The notes under the pieces were generated by a model, which was not told the origin of the DNA, made no database searches, and saw only the letters and a list, made by a program, of their open reading frames with translations. Below, in pieces: positions 7,421 to 15,792 of a stretch of DNA of 24,057 nucleotides (positions are counted from its first letter, which is position 1; every line of letters begins with the position of its first letter). The position numbers and the translations under genes were made by a program. Origin of the DNA: a virus (Duplodnaviria; Caudoviricetes); the IMG/VR virus record IMGVR_UViG_3300032731_000305, positions 1 to 24,057 of that record; one strand, 5' to 3'.

Positions 7421-9452
7421 CTTTTCCTCCTAACTGTTGCATCGCCATCATCTGTTGCATCATCTGCATATGTTCCTGAACGTGAGATTGAGTATATTGC
7501 ATAATCTGTTCAATCATCTCAGGATTTACCACTGCTAATGTTGGCGATTGTAAGACCTTTTGATGCGTTTGAATGTGCATCATATGGTTTTCTACCATTG
7601 TCGGTCTTACCTTTTCAAAATCCCCCTGAAGTATTTTAGTATTTTCTTCTTCGGGAGAATCCAGGTCATTCATATCTGGTTCTGGTCCCAGATATTCTGT
7701 TGGTTCAAATCTATGGGATTTAAGTAAATTAGCCGTAGCCCTATAAATTTTAATGGGGTCTGAAGCGACCAAGGGATTTTGCATTAACATCTGATATAAA
7801 AATACTGCTAACTGACGTTCTGTATTTTGAGAACCCATAGAAGCGTCTTCAAGTATATAGGCATCTAATTCAGTAGATAATCCTTCTTCTGAAAGTTCAT
7901 TGCCGTGGAAAATAGGTTCTCCATCTTCACCTAATACCCTGGTTTCTAATCCTGGTGGTATATTCTTTTGGACTTGGTCTAAAATTTTTGTAAGTATCCG
8001 AGCACAACCCTCTCTTAATCTCTGAGCAGGTATGGCAAATCTCTGCTCTGAAGCCATAACAATAGCCTGTGTTCTTGTAGCTGTTCCAGAACCACCCACA
8101 ACCTCTGACTCCTTACCCATTACGTAAGAAGAGGCACCTGTAAGCCTTTCAATAAACTCCAGCACGGTCTTCATTGCAATAAATAATCTTTCTGTGGGTA
8201 AGTTAAAATCAGGTAGGTAAACATTCCTTTGTGGGTCAGGAACAGGTATTCCCTTGTTTGGGGCTAAAGTAATATTCTGTGGAACTAAACTTCCCGATGG
8301 GTCATAAAAGAATGGTCTAAGCACTCCCAGAGTATTAGCGTCAGTCAACTGATTGAATATAGCGTCTAATTCATCGGCTAAGGGCTTAACCATTTCCAAT
8401 ATGCCTAATCCTTCAAGTTCGTCAGGTCTATCTATAAGGTCGTTAATCTTTGTAAAATCCAATGGTCTCTTGCCATTCTTGGTAATATCTTTAATGGCAA
8501 CAGCACCTAAATAAATTCTATTGTCAGGGTCTATAAGAATTCTTAAATCTTCTGGAAAACCATCTCTGTCTATATCTATTTTTTTGTAAATCTTTAGGAC
8601 ATCTACTGGTGTATTTCTTAATTTGGCTTCTTTAATAATTTCTAAGTTTTCGTCTGTGGAATCGCTGTATTGGGCATTAAGGCGGTCTTCAATTTTAGAC
8701 TTTAGTTCTGTGGTGATGTTAACTACTTTTCCGTCTTTCTCCATCTCCTCCAAATCAGAATAAAGATAGCGAAGCTTAATAATAACGGGTTCATCATATA
8801 TACTTTTTTGGGCTTCTTGGAAATAAATGCTTTTTTGTGGTATAATTTCGCACTTAGTTTTTTCTTCTATCCTAAATTTCTTTTCTTTGTTTACGGATGG
8901 TGTCCCGTCCTGTTCAAATAACTGTAATCCAAACTCATCTGTTATGGGAGTTTCTTCGGTTTCTCCCCTGTCGTAGTATTTAATATCCCAACTTATTTCT
9001 GTAAGACAATCCCCAAATCCAGTAACTACCTTTGTCCATTTGTCAAAGAAGTTCTTCATACGTATGTGAACACGTATCCACCAATCCATAAACTTATTGA
9101 TTCGGTCTACCTTTTCTTTGTCGGTTCTTTCACCAGGCATCCAACGCACTAAGTCCTCATTCCAAATAGCAGAAAACATCCTTGAGTGAAGCATCTCTAA
9201 AATAGCCATAGCTATTTTCATAGAGCGATTAGAACAATTTCTCCAGGGAACTGATTTTGGTTTTCTATTACCATAAAACATATCTGTGAGTTCGTCTAAT
9301 TTAGAATCAAAAGTAAATGCTACCCCTTTTGAATCTACTCCATAGTCTCTGGCATTGCGAGCATCCTCTGCCCTTTTGAAGTCGTCAATACAAACTTCTA
9401 CAAGGAGTTTTTGCATATCTTCTTTTATATCTATTTGGATTGGGTTCATCAT
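7278..9452 (-). CDS. Portal protein (P22/podovirus-like, long form)
   Basis: 724 aa immediately downstream of the terminase genes; G.G..E...PL.DELD.I.NQ..D, ERLTG.S.Y.MG, TAT motifs; Gln/Met-rich tail. Confidence 0.9.
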   Translation of the reverse strand: MMNPIQIDIKEDMQKLLVEVCIDDFKRAEDARNARDYGVDSKGVAFTFDSKLDELTDMFYGNRKPKSVPWRNCSNRSMKIAMAILEMLHSRMFSAIWNEDLVRWMPGERTDKEKVDRINKFMDWWIRVHIRMKNFFDKWTKVVTGFGDCLTEISWDIKYYDRGETEETPITDEFGLQLFEQDGTPSVNKEKKFRIEEKTKCEIIPQKSIYFQEAQKSIYDEPVIIKLRYLYSDLEEMEKDGKVVNITTELKSKIEDRLNAQYSDSTDENLEIIKEAKLRNTPVDVLKIYKKIDIDRDGFPEDLRILIDPDNRIYLGAVAIKDITKNGKRPLDFTKINDLIDRPDELEGLGILEMVKPLADELDAIFNQLTDANTLGVLRPFFYDPSGSLVPQNITLAPNKGIPVPDPQRNVYLPDFNLPTERLFIAMKTVLEFIERLTGASSYVMGKESEVVGGSGTATRTQAIVMASEQRFAIPAQRLREGCARILTKILDQVQKNIPPGLETRVLGEDGEPIFHGNELSEEGLSTELDAYILEDASMGSQNTERQLAVFLYQMLMQNPLVASDPIKIYRATANLLKSHRFEPTEYLGPEPDMNDLDSPEEENTKILQGDFEKVRPTMVENHMMHIQTHQKVLQSPTLAVVNPEMIEQIMQYTQSHVQEHMQMMQQMMAMQQLGGKGGPGLQTGTAQGPEGIQGTQGVENLPGPVGQMARTKEQGTSSPAPST

Positions 9453-9458
9453 TTACTC

Positions 9459-9614
9459 CTATGCAGTTCCGTTTCTACGTTTAAACTTTGCGGGCGATTT
9501 TTCTTTACCACCACCATCTATTTTAGAACCATATTTTTTTGTCCATTTTTTTGCTAACTTCGGTTCATTCATCCATAAGTATCTTCTTTGCTTCTCACTG
9601 CGAAATGGGGACAT
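9459..9614 (-). CDS. Small basic phage protein (PFRSEKQRRYLW..EP.LAKKW family), 51 aa
   Basis: Below the ORF-track cutoff; hand translation MSPFRSEKQRRYLWMNEPKLAKKWTKKYG...; TAATG overlap and GGAGG RBS. Confidence 0.75.
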   Translation of the reverse strand: MSPFRSEKQRRYLWMNEPKLAKKWTKKYGSKIDGGGKEKSPAKFKRRNGTA

Positions 9615-10144
9615 TACGCCTCCTGCTCAATTACGTTAGTCTTCACAATCTTTTCTTCTACTTCTTTTAACTTTTCTCTTAGTTCTTCATCAGAGAGTGC
9701 ATTATACTGGTTAAACTGTTGGAAGGTTACACTACCACTACCAGCGCCTTCAACTTCTTCTCTGGCTTCCTTAAGGCACTTAAGAGATAGATTAACTTTC
9801 TCTCCACCCCTTAGTTCTTGAGAGATAGTATATAACTCATCTGCTCTTTCTAACCTGATTTTCTTCTGTGCTATGGGAACGTCGTTAATTGTCGCTAAAA
9901 AGCTGGTTCTTAATTTTTCTATGAGTTCTTTGTTTTCTTTTTTATATTGGCTTATAGAAGAAGGACTTACCTTTATATTATGTTCTTCTTTAATAAGACT
10001 GATAATCTCTTTGGGCTTTTTGTATTGAGCCAAAAGATTGCATATATACATCTTGGCATCAGGAACTACAAAAATCCTTTTCTTGTTTTCAGGTTCGTTT
10101 GTTTCAAGTTCACCTGTTTCTTGTTTTTTTCCCCACCACATCAT
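9614..10144 (-). CDS. terS: Putative terminase small subunit (DUF2280-like)
   Basis: HTH-like ICNLLAQYKKPKEII..IKEE..I.VS...I.QY followed by R..F......VPIA.K..RL..L...Y and L...K.LKEAREEV, as in DUF2280-type small terminases. Confidence 0.65.
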   Translation of the reverse strand: MMWWGKKQETGELETNEPENKKRIFVVPDAKMYICNLLAQYKKPKEIISLIKEEHNIKVSPSSISQYKKENKELIEKLRTSFLATINDVPIAQKKIRLERADELYTISQELRGGEKVNLSLKCLKEAREEVEGAGSGSVTFQQFNQYNALSDEELREKLKEVEEKIVKTNVIEQEA

Positions 10145-11568
10145 TAGTAAATTGCTCCTCTAAAATCTGGTTCATACATCTGTGGTCCATCAAACGTGGG
10201 ACCATCAGCACCTAAATATCTTATACAATCAGACCCGTGTTTATCTTTTGGTTTTACTTCTTCCTTGGGGTCTCTATCTGTCTGACCCTTCCATTCGTCG
10301 TGTTGTAGGTTTCTCATTGAGTGAATAGTCTTTGGGGCAAAACGCCTGTCAAAAAACAATTTAGGTCTATTGTTTATATCTATGGGTCTATCTGCGTTAT
10401 AGTGCAAGAGGCTCTTAACCCTCATATGACCCGTATCTTTATTGTCGTTAGCCTCTGTAAATACACACTTAAACTTTCTAAGTTCTTCTATAAGAGAAAT
10501 GTCCATCCCTATCTTCGCTGGTCTTCTGCCAAAGTTTGGGTCTATAAGGCGTTTTCTCATATTCCATCCAAAGTATTTTTCAGTCGCTAAAATATTGGCA
10601 GCTAGTTCCTGAGTGGAACAATGTATTATGTTTTCATAAATTACGTAAATATCGTCAGTGCGGTCTATCATCGCCCAAATAATCCAGTGTGGTTGCCTGT
10701 CGTGTGGGTCAAGAACACAGATAACTGGATAACCCTGCTCATACTTAAAATCATCAATAAGGTGAACATCGGAAAATTCTTTATATACACGACCCCTTAA
10801 ATGGAAGAACGCCCCGTGAAGACGAGTTTCCTTTTCATCATCGGTGAGCATATCTTCCCACCTTTGAATGTCCTCTTCATTGAGAATAGCGTTGCCGTGT
10901 GTATCAAACTTATTGTCTCTTATGTCAGCAGTAAAGACATCTATGTTTTTACCATCTGCCGAATCAACAATCTCTTCTTTCATCCAGGGCTCCACTAGGG
11001 GAGTAAAGGTAAGTAAGGTGTAACCCCCCCTATCTATCAATCCCCTTTGAGTGGCTATATACCTTGCCCTGTTAACTGGTTCATCACCCCAGAACAGGTC
11101 TAAATCCTGCCCCTCAAAAGCCATCTGGTCCTGTTCCATTGTGAGAAATTCTATAAACGAGCCGTCTCTCGTAGAGAGTTTAGTTACATAACCTTGTGGA
11201 GAACGCTTAATGCGTTTGATTTCTCCTGCGGGTAAATATGCACGTAACTTCGGTTCTATAACTGTATCTATCTTAAAAAACTTATCTGTTGCTATCCTAA
11301 TTTTAATTGGTCCTTTAAATCTGCGTTCTCTGGGAAACCAATCTGGATATTTTTTGGTAACGTGCCAAGCAACTTCCATCGCCCCCAAAGTCGTTTTTCC
11401 TGCCCTATTTCCACCTACGTAACAAATTATTTTTGCTTTTGATTGGTGGGCTTTTACCTGAACCTTGTTGGGTATGTAGAAATCCATACCCCGTTCTTTC
11501 TTGCGATTTTCTAATTCTTTTAGGAGCCTTTCTCTTTCTTGAAGTTGTTCGGCGGTGCTTTTTTTCAC
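10144..11568 (-). CDS. terL: Terminase large subunit
   Basis: Walker A GGNRAGKT, Walker B FWGDE, motif III LTFTP, RNase H-like nuclease LDPH...IDP...HGSDCIRY. Confidence 0.96.
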   Translation of the reverse strand: MKKSTAEQLQERERLLKELENRKKERGMDFYIPNKVQVKAHQSKAKIICYVGGNRAGKTTLGAMEVAWHVTKKYPDWFPRERRFKGPIKIRIATDKFFKIDTVIEPKLRAYLPAGEIKRIKRSPQGYVTKLSTRDGSFIEFLTMEQDQMAFEGQDLDLFWGDEPVNRARYIATQRGLIDRGGYTLLTFTPLVEPWMKEEIVDSADGKNIDVFTADIRDNKFDTHGNAILNEEDIQRWEDMLTDDEKETRLHGAFFHLRGRVYKEFSDVHLIDDFKYEQGYPVICVLDPHDRQPHWIIWAMIDRTDDIYVIYENIIHCSTQELAANILATEKYFGWNMRKRLIDPNFGRRPAKIGMDISLIEELRKFKCVFTEANDNKDTGHMRVKSLLHYNADRPIDINNRPKLFFDRRFAPKTIHSMRNLQHDEWKGQTDRDPKEEVKPKDKHGSDCIRYLGADGPTFDGPQMYEPDFRGAIY

Positions 11569-11675
11569 TTCTTTTCACGTTTGTGTTTTTTAGCTCCAAA
11601 CTGTAAATCATACTGCCTTTTCTCTTCGGGAGAATATCCCTTCCACGGGGAAGCACCCTTCTTTTTTTTAGCCAT
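11565..11675 (-). CDS. Small basic hypothetical protein, 36 aa
   Basis: AAGGAG RBS; MAKKKKGASPWKGYSPEEKRQYDLQFGAKKHKREKK; its TGA overlaps the TerL GTG start. Confidence 0.6.
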   Translation of the reverse strand: MAKKKKGASPWKGYSPEEKRQYDLQFGAKKHKREKK

Positions 11676-11704
11676 ATGTCTCCTTAACTTGTAGACAAGT
11701 TCCC

Positions 11705-11884
11705 TTACTTATAACCTATTGAACTTAAGTCATTAATACAATTCTGACATAAACCGTCTTTTACGGCATACCTTGAACAACCCGCCGACTTGCATACTTC
11801 CTGAATGGGTTCTTTAGATATCTCAACTACCACCTCTGGTGCTTTTACTACTTTCTCTTTCTTTACTTTCTTTTTAAGTCTCAT
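11705..11884 (-). CDS. Small zinc-finger protein, 59 aa
   Basis: GGAGG RBS; hand translation MRLKKKVKK...CKSAGC...DGLCQNC...GYK. Confidence 0.6.
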   Translation of the reverse strand: MRLKKKVKKEKVVKAPEVVVEISKEPIQEVCKSAGCSRYAVKDGLCQNCINDLSSIGYK

Positions 11885-11886
11885 AA

Positions 11887-12435
11887 TTACCTCCTTGCTT
11901 TAATCCTAAATGATGATGCCAAGTTGGGGTTTATAGTGCATATTCTATCTATTAACCTTATAAATAGATTACAAGGGTATGTAGAATATTCACCCTTTAC
12001 GCTTAATATTTTAAATCCGTGCTTACGGAGTAGTTCTTTAAGGGCACGTGGACAGGTTACTCGTAAGTGCCCACCTAATCTCTCAGTGCCCCAATTAAAT
12101 GGTTTTCCCACATTATGCCTAAAAGACACTTCATATGTGTGGGGTAAATACCCCGATAATACTAATAGTCTATTAAACCAAGCCAATAGGTTAGGTGTGG
12201 ATATTTCCAAAATGGTCTTGTCATCCATAACCCGATAGCACTTATCTAAGAAGTCATCTGGGTCTTCCAGGTGTTCTATGAGGTGGTTAACCAAGATTAC
12301 ATCCCACTCAACCCCAGGGAACTCTTCTTTGGTAACATCAAATCCATACCTCTTATCCAGGACTACTATCTTAGCTCCAGGATAAGCCTTTTGAGCTCTA
12401 ATGCCCAGATTTCCCCCAATATCAAGGATTTTCAA
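11887..12435 (-). CDS. Class I SAM-dependent methyltransferase (glycan-cluster type)
   Basis: ILDIGGNLG motif I, DVILVNHLIEHL.DP, ISTPN, H.R....L..LL...GF pattern. Confidence 0.85.
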   Translation of the reverse strand: MKILDIGGNLGIRAQKAYPGAKIVVLDKRYGFDVTKEEFPGVEWDVILVNHLIEHLEDPDDFLDKCYRVMDDKTILEISTPNLLAWFNRLLVLSGYLPHTYEVSFRHNVGKPFNWGTERLGGHLRVTCPRALKELLRKHGFKILSVKGEYSTYPCNLFIRLIDRICTINPNLASSFRIKARR

Positions 12436-12661
12436 ATTTTTCCTCTTCGTCTATAAGTTCTTCTAAATCCATATTTATGTGGTTCTCAAGTATAGAGTTA
12501 AGTCCTTTAAGGGTAGCCAAAGACCCCCTATAACGTATAGTATAGTCTTCGGTGTCCTTGGACTTATACTTGTGCCTGACCCCTACAAAGCAAGAGGCGT
12601 CAAAGCGCTTAAGTAGTTCCTGTATAAGGGTTTCTGTTTCTATTAGTTCAATATTCATCAT
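12422..12661 (-). CDS. Hypothetical protein
   Basis: 79-aa ORF overlapping the methyltransferase start; first gene of the late block. Confidence 0.6.
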   Translation of the reverse strand: MMNIELIETETLIQELLKRFDASCFVGVRHKYKSKDTEDYTIRYRGSLATLKGLNSILENHINMDLEELIDEEEKFENP

Positions 12662-12823
12662 AACTTAAAAAATATATTTATTAAGTATTTTATCTTTCTT
12701 ACTTTAGGGTGGCGACTTGAGCCTTTTCCCTCACAAAATCAATGTCCACCATTTCTAAATGTCCACTAAACAGTAGACATTTACCCTTCCTCACCTTGGG
12801 GGGGGGTTGGAAAAATAAGTACC

Positions 12824-12848
12824 TAAGTGTTTGTACAACATATACTTA
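12824..12848. promoter_or_regulatory. 25-bp dyad TAAGTGTTTGTACAACATATACTTA
   Basis: TAAGT..ACTTA outer arms and TGT..ACA inner arms; related to 4070-4094. Confidence 0.45.
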
Positions 12849-12966
12849 CTAACTAAATGAGTGTATTGGACAAACTTAACTATATGACTGGGTTGGATAT
12901 ATAATATATAAACCCACCCGAATTTACAATCCAACAGGGTGCCCTATGCCACCCTATACCCTTGTA

Positions 12967-12994
12967 TGAGCCTATAATATTTATTATGTTGAAT
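12967..12994 (+). other. dif: dif-like XerC/XerD recombination site
   Basis: TGAGCCTATAA-TATTTA-TTATGTTGAAT has the 11-6-11 layout. The right arm matches the E. coli XerD arm TTATGTTAAAT at 10/11; the left arm ends CCTATAA as in Firmicute-type dif. Confidence 0.75.
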
Positions 12995-13397
12995 TATCGT
13001 TCGGGACTCGTATGTGTATGAGTAGTATGTGGTTAGGGTGTGCTTACTCTTCAGGTAATATATGTATTGTTCTTAACTTGTACTTATCTACATTTATCTA
13101 TTGTCTTGTATTATATATAGTATTTAAGACATTTATCGGACATAACGGACATTCTTTCTTTTCTTTCTTCGCCTAATGGTATACTGATATTGAATGGTAT
13201 ATTGATTGGTTTAGTTATAGCTAAACTAGATGACTTATACCCTGAATGTAACAATGTAATAGGTAATCATTATATTATACCCTTTTTCTTTTCTTTTTTC
13301 GCTTTTTATGAATTGTTATACCTTAAAGGGTATATTCGGTTTAAAAGACATTTGTTCGGTTTATAGAACATTTACGTGTTTTAATTGTATCAGATTT

Positions 13398-13435
13398 TGA
13401 AGCGATTAAGATACCTAATCGCTTCAGTATCTTAA
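13398..13435. promoter_or_regulatory. Perfect 11-bp hairpin with an overlapping alternative 9-bp stem
   Basis: tgaagcgatta (13398-13408) pairs with taatcgcttca (13416-13426); ttaagatac (13406-13414) pairs with gtatcttaa (13427-13435). Confidence 0.5.
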
Positions 13436-13570
13436 AGGAGTTTGTAGACTGTTACCTATATATATATCTACTCCCTTTCTTTCTTTTCTTCAGCTTACCT
13501 TGTATCAGTATTTAGGAAAGCTAGTATTTTTTTTCATTTTTTTCCTTCAACCTCAAACAAAGATAAAAAT

Positions 13571-13927
13571 CTAAAAATCTTCCAGTAGTTTCTTATCTGC
13601 TGGCTGACTCCACTTGGGTTTAATTTTAAGGACTCGAAGGTCGCCGTTCAAATAGAATCCACCCCAAGCGTGAATCAGCCGATGACAATTACAACAAAGC
13701 AACATACATTTATAGAGTTCCTGCTTTGCCTTTTCAAATCCTTTTTTAGTTTGTGCATATTGTGCAATATTCTTTTCTTTTAATTTTGGGTTTAAGTGGT
13801 GAAAATCATAACAACACGTAGGATATACTCCACCACATAAAGCACACCTATTGCCCTTGAGTTCAACAAGAGCATCTTTATGTTTGCGTTGGGCGTTATA
13901 ACGCCTCTTTGCTTCTTTCTCATTCAT
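13571..13927 (-). CDS. HNH endonuclease
   Basis: CALCG...YDFHHLNP..K...C.LLC.NCHR.IH zinc-binding HNH signature. Confidence 0.9.
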   Translation of the reverse strand: MNEKEAKRRYNAQRKHKDALVELKGNRCALCGGVYPTCCYDFHHLNPKLKEKNIAQYAQTKKGFEKAKQELYKCMLLCCNCHRLIHAWGGFYLNGDLRVLKIKPKWSQPADKKLLEDF

Positions 13928-14062
13928 AGCGACCTTCCTTTTTTGTTTATTCGTACGCTAAAAGGATAACATATAGACCCCCCCATATTTGGGAAATTCA
14001 AACTTTTTTTTTAAATGTGTTGTAAGTCGTTGGTATATATAGCAAAAAAAAGAAGATAAAAC

Positions 14063-14090
14063 TTGACAAGTTATATAAATATGTTAAACT
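14063..14090 (+). promoter_or_regulatory. Strong sigma70-type promoter
   Basis: TTGACA (14063-14068), 16-bp spacer, extended -10 TG-T-TAAACT (14082-14090), A-rich UP-like tract upstream; heads the plus-strand gene run. Confidence 0.75.
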
Positions 14091-14130
14091 TAGAGTATGA
14101 AAGATAAATCTAACCAGAAAGGAGCAAACA

Positions 14131-14304
14131 ATGACTAAGGTAATCAAAGAAATAGAAAAGCAATTAGATGACAGGGTAGTTTCATATTCAACAGATGATT
14201 TGAGATTTATTCGTTTTAAGACTTCTAATCGTACTTGGTGGGCAAAATTGACAAAGACAGGAAAACTCAAAAAGTACTCAATAAGAATTGATGTATATAA
14301 TTAG
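14131..14304 (+). CDS. Hypothetical protein, 57 aa
   Basis: AAAGGAG RBS; hand translation MTKVIKEIEKQLDD...WWAKLTKTGKLKKYSIRIDVYN; first gene after the promoter. Confidence 0.7.
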   Translation: MTKVIKEIEKQLDDRVVSYSTDDLRFIRFKTSNRTWWAKLTKTGKLKKYSIRIDVYN

Positions 14305-14334
14305 GTTAACCCAATATAAACAAAGGGGGAAAGA

Positions 14335-14613
14335 ATGAAACTGAAAGAACGGATTGAGGGGATAATTAGAGAGAATACTAAATATGCTCTTATTTCTGGA
14401 GAGTGTCTTGGTGTTGATGAATCCCAAGCCACCACCGACATACTCAAGGCGTTTGGGGAGAGTTTGTCGAAGAAGAAAGACCCATATCCATTTCCAAACA
14501 AAGAATCTTTAATAAACTATAAAAATAATTATTATCAGTCTAGGTATGATGAAGGCTACAACCAAGCCATAGATGATATTAATGAGGAGATGTTTGAAAA
14601 GGAGCAACTATGA
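14335..14613 (+). CDS. Small phage protein, MxLKERIE paralogue family
   Basis: Shares LKERIE and QATTDILKAF with 16970-17218; GYNQA C-terminal motif. Confidence 0.75.
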   Translation: MKLKERIEGIIRENTKYALISGECLGVDESQATTDILKAFGESLSKKKDPYPFPNKESLINYKNNYYQSRYDEGYNQAIDDINEEMFEKEQL

Positions 14614-14948
14614 AATGGTACTGGATACCTATTACAGCATTGACTATCTTAATCGGCTCCTGTTTAATAGCTAATGCAGAACAGTTTACGGTTGATGAGG
14701 TAGTCAGGGCAATCGGCAGGGTTGAAAACAGCGAGAAATACCCCTATGGAATTAAAAGCATAGACGCAAGGGGTAAAAAAGAGGTTGCTCGTAAGATATG
14801 CAGACAATCAGTTATAAATGCTTATAAACGTTGGGATAAACAGGGCGACTTTTTGGAGAGTATGGGCCAGCGATACTGTCCGCCCAACTGGAAGAGATGG
14901 AGTGAAATGGTCAAGTATTGGCTTGTTAGATACAGAAAGGAGGATTAA
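14610..14948 (+). CDS. Secreted lysozyme/lytic-transglycosylase-like protein
   Basis: Signal peptide ending ANA/EQF; AI..VEN (candidate catalytic Glu), PYGI and RYCP...W...V motifs suggest a minimal lysozyme-like fold. Confidence 0.55.
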   Translation: MKWYWIPITALTILIGSCLIANAEQFTVDEVVRAIGRVENSEKYPYGIKSIDARGKKEVARKICRQSVINAYKRWDKQGDFLESMGQRYCPPNWKRWSEMVKYWLVRYRKED

Positions 14949-14950
14949 AA

Positions 14951-15013
14951 ATGGAAAAGGCTTTCTTTATAGCGGTTACCTTAATTATAATAGTGATATT
15001 TATAACAAGATAG
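14951..15013 (+). CDS. 20-aa single-transmembrane peptide
   Basis: AAGGAGG RBS; MEKAFFIAVTLIIIVIFITR; fills the gap between two genes exactly. Confidence 0.55.
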   Translation: MEKAFFIAVTLIIIVIFITR

Positions 15014-15025
15014 AAAGGAGTGAAA

Positions 15026-15253
15026 ATGGAAAAAACTGGATATGAAATAGTTAAAGAATTAGACAAAAACAAACACTACAAGCTGGCCTGTGGCCACAAT
15101 AATGTAGGCCTTATGCCTGTGTGGCCATTTGAATTCGTTTGTTTGGAATGTGGTTTTAAAACTATGAGAGTAGAAATACAGAAAGGAGAAGGGGCTGTGG
15201 GAATATGGAAGCAGAGTATATATTTAAAGTCGCCAAATCAATCCACAACCTAA
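15026..15253 (+). CDS. Zinc-ribbon-like hypothetical protein
   Basis: AAAGGAG RBS; CGH...CLECG. Confidence 0.6.
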   Translation: MEKTGYEIVKELDKNKHYKLACGHNNVGLMPVWPFEFVCLECGFKTMRVEIQKGEGAVGIWKQSIYLKSPNQSTT

Positions 15254-15280
15254 TCATAGAGAAGATGTTTGGAGGGAAAA

Positions 15281-15610
15281 ATGAAGTGTAAAAATTGTTT
15301 TAACTGCAAAATGCGCATAAAAAAAAGAAAGAAAGACCTCAAAGGTGTTAGATATGGTGCTACTATGTTCGCTCCCAAGACCAAAGCACAAGGATTGGTC
15401 AAGCTGTTCTGTGCTAAGGGACTATGGACAGACAACAAGGGCAACGAAAAGGTATTCAAGACCATAAGAGAGCTTGATAATGACTTTTTTAAGGAGTTTG
15501 ACAACTGCCCCTATTATGAGGGCGAGGGAAATAGAGAAGAAAATACTCCAATGGTCAATGAGATTAACAGAAATATCAAGATTTTAAGAGACAGATTAAC
15601 GAGGGGGTGA
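15281..15610 (+). CDS. Cys-rich hypothetical protein
   Basis: GGAGG RBS before ATG 15281; CKNCFNC...C...CPYY. Confidence 0.65.
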   Translation: MKCKNCFNCKMRIKKRKKDLKGVRYGATMFAPKTKAQGLVKLFCAKGLWTDNKGNEKVFKTIRELDNDFFKEFDNCPYYEGEGNREENTPMVNEINRNIKILRDRLTRG

Positions 15611-15625
15611 GAAGGGGGGAATAAA

Positions 15626-15781
15626 ATGAGAAATTTATCGATAACACAAAAAATAGCAATTCAAATACTTGAAAGCATAGCTGAATATATGGGTGATGAA
15701 GATATGTTTGATTGTAAAGATGGCGATACAAAATGGTATGACCTCGAAGATATGATAACAAGGATTATAGAAGATAAATAA
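15626..15781 (+). CDS. Acidic hypothetical protein, 51 aa
   Basis: G-rich RBS; hand translation MRNLSITQKIAIQILESIAEYMGDEDMFDC...EDK. Confidence 0.6.
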   Translation: MRNLSITQKIAIQILESIAEYMGDEDMFDCKDGDTKWYDLEDMITRIIEDK

Positions 15782-15792
15782 GGGGGTGAGAT

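Larger units (their letters stand above)
12662..13570. other. AT-rich non-coding control region (dyads, direct repeats, G9 run, dif-like site)
   Basis: About 0.9 kb with no ORF of 60 aa or more in an otherwise gene-packed genome; several inverted and direct repeats. Confidence 0.75.

Noticed and set aside
11726-11751. Third copy of the TAAGT dyad
   Set aside because: Only the left arm matches and it lies inside a coding sequence; likely chance.
821-12456. Short alternative-frame and plus-strand ORFs in the track (e.g. 821-1003, 1144-1332, 5101-5367, 6538-7203, 10321-11422, 11405-11656, 11924-12456)
   Set aside because: They are shadows of well-supported minus-strand genes, with no convincing RBS or motifs.
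12798-12806. G9 run (and C7 at 13978-13984) as a pac/cos site or G-quadruplex
   Set aside because: A single homopolymer run cannot support either call without read-terminus data.
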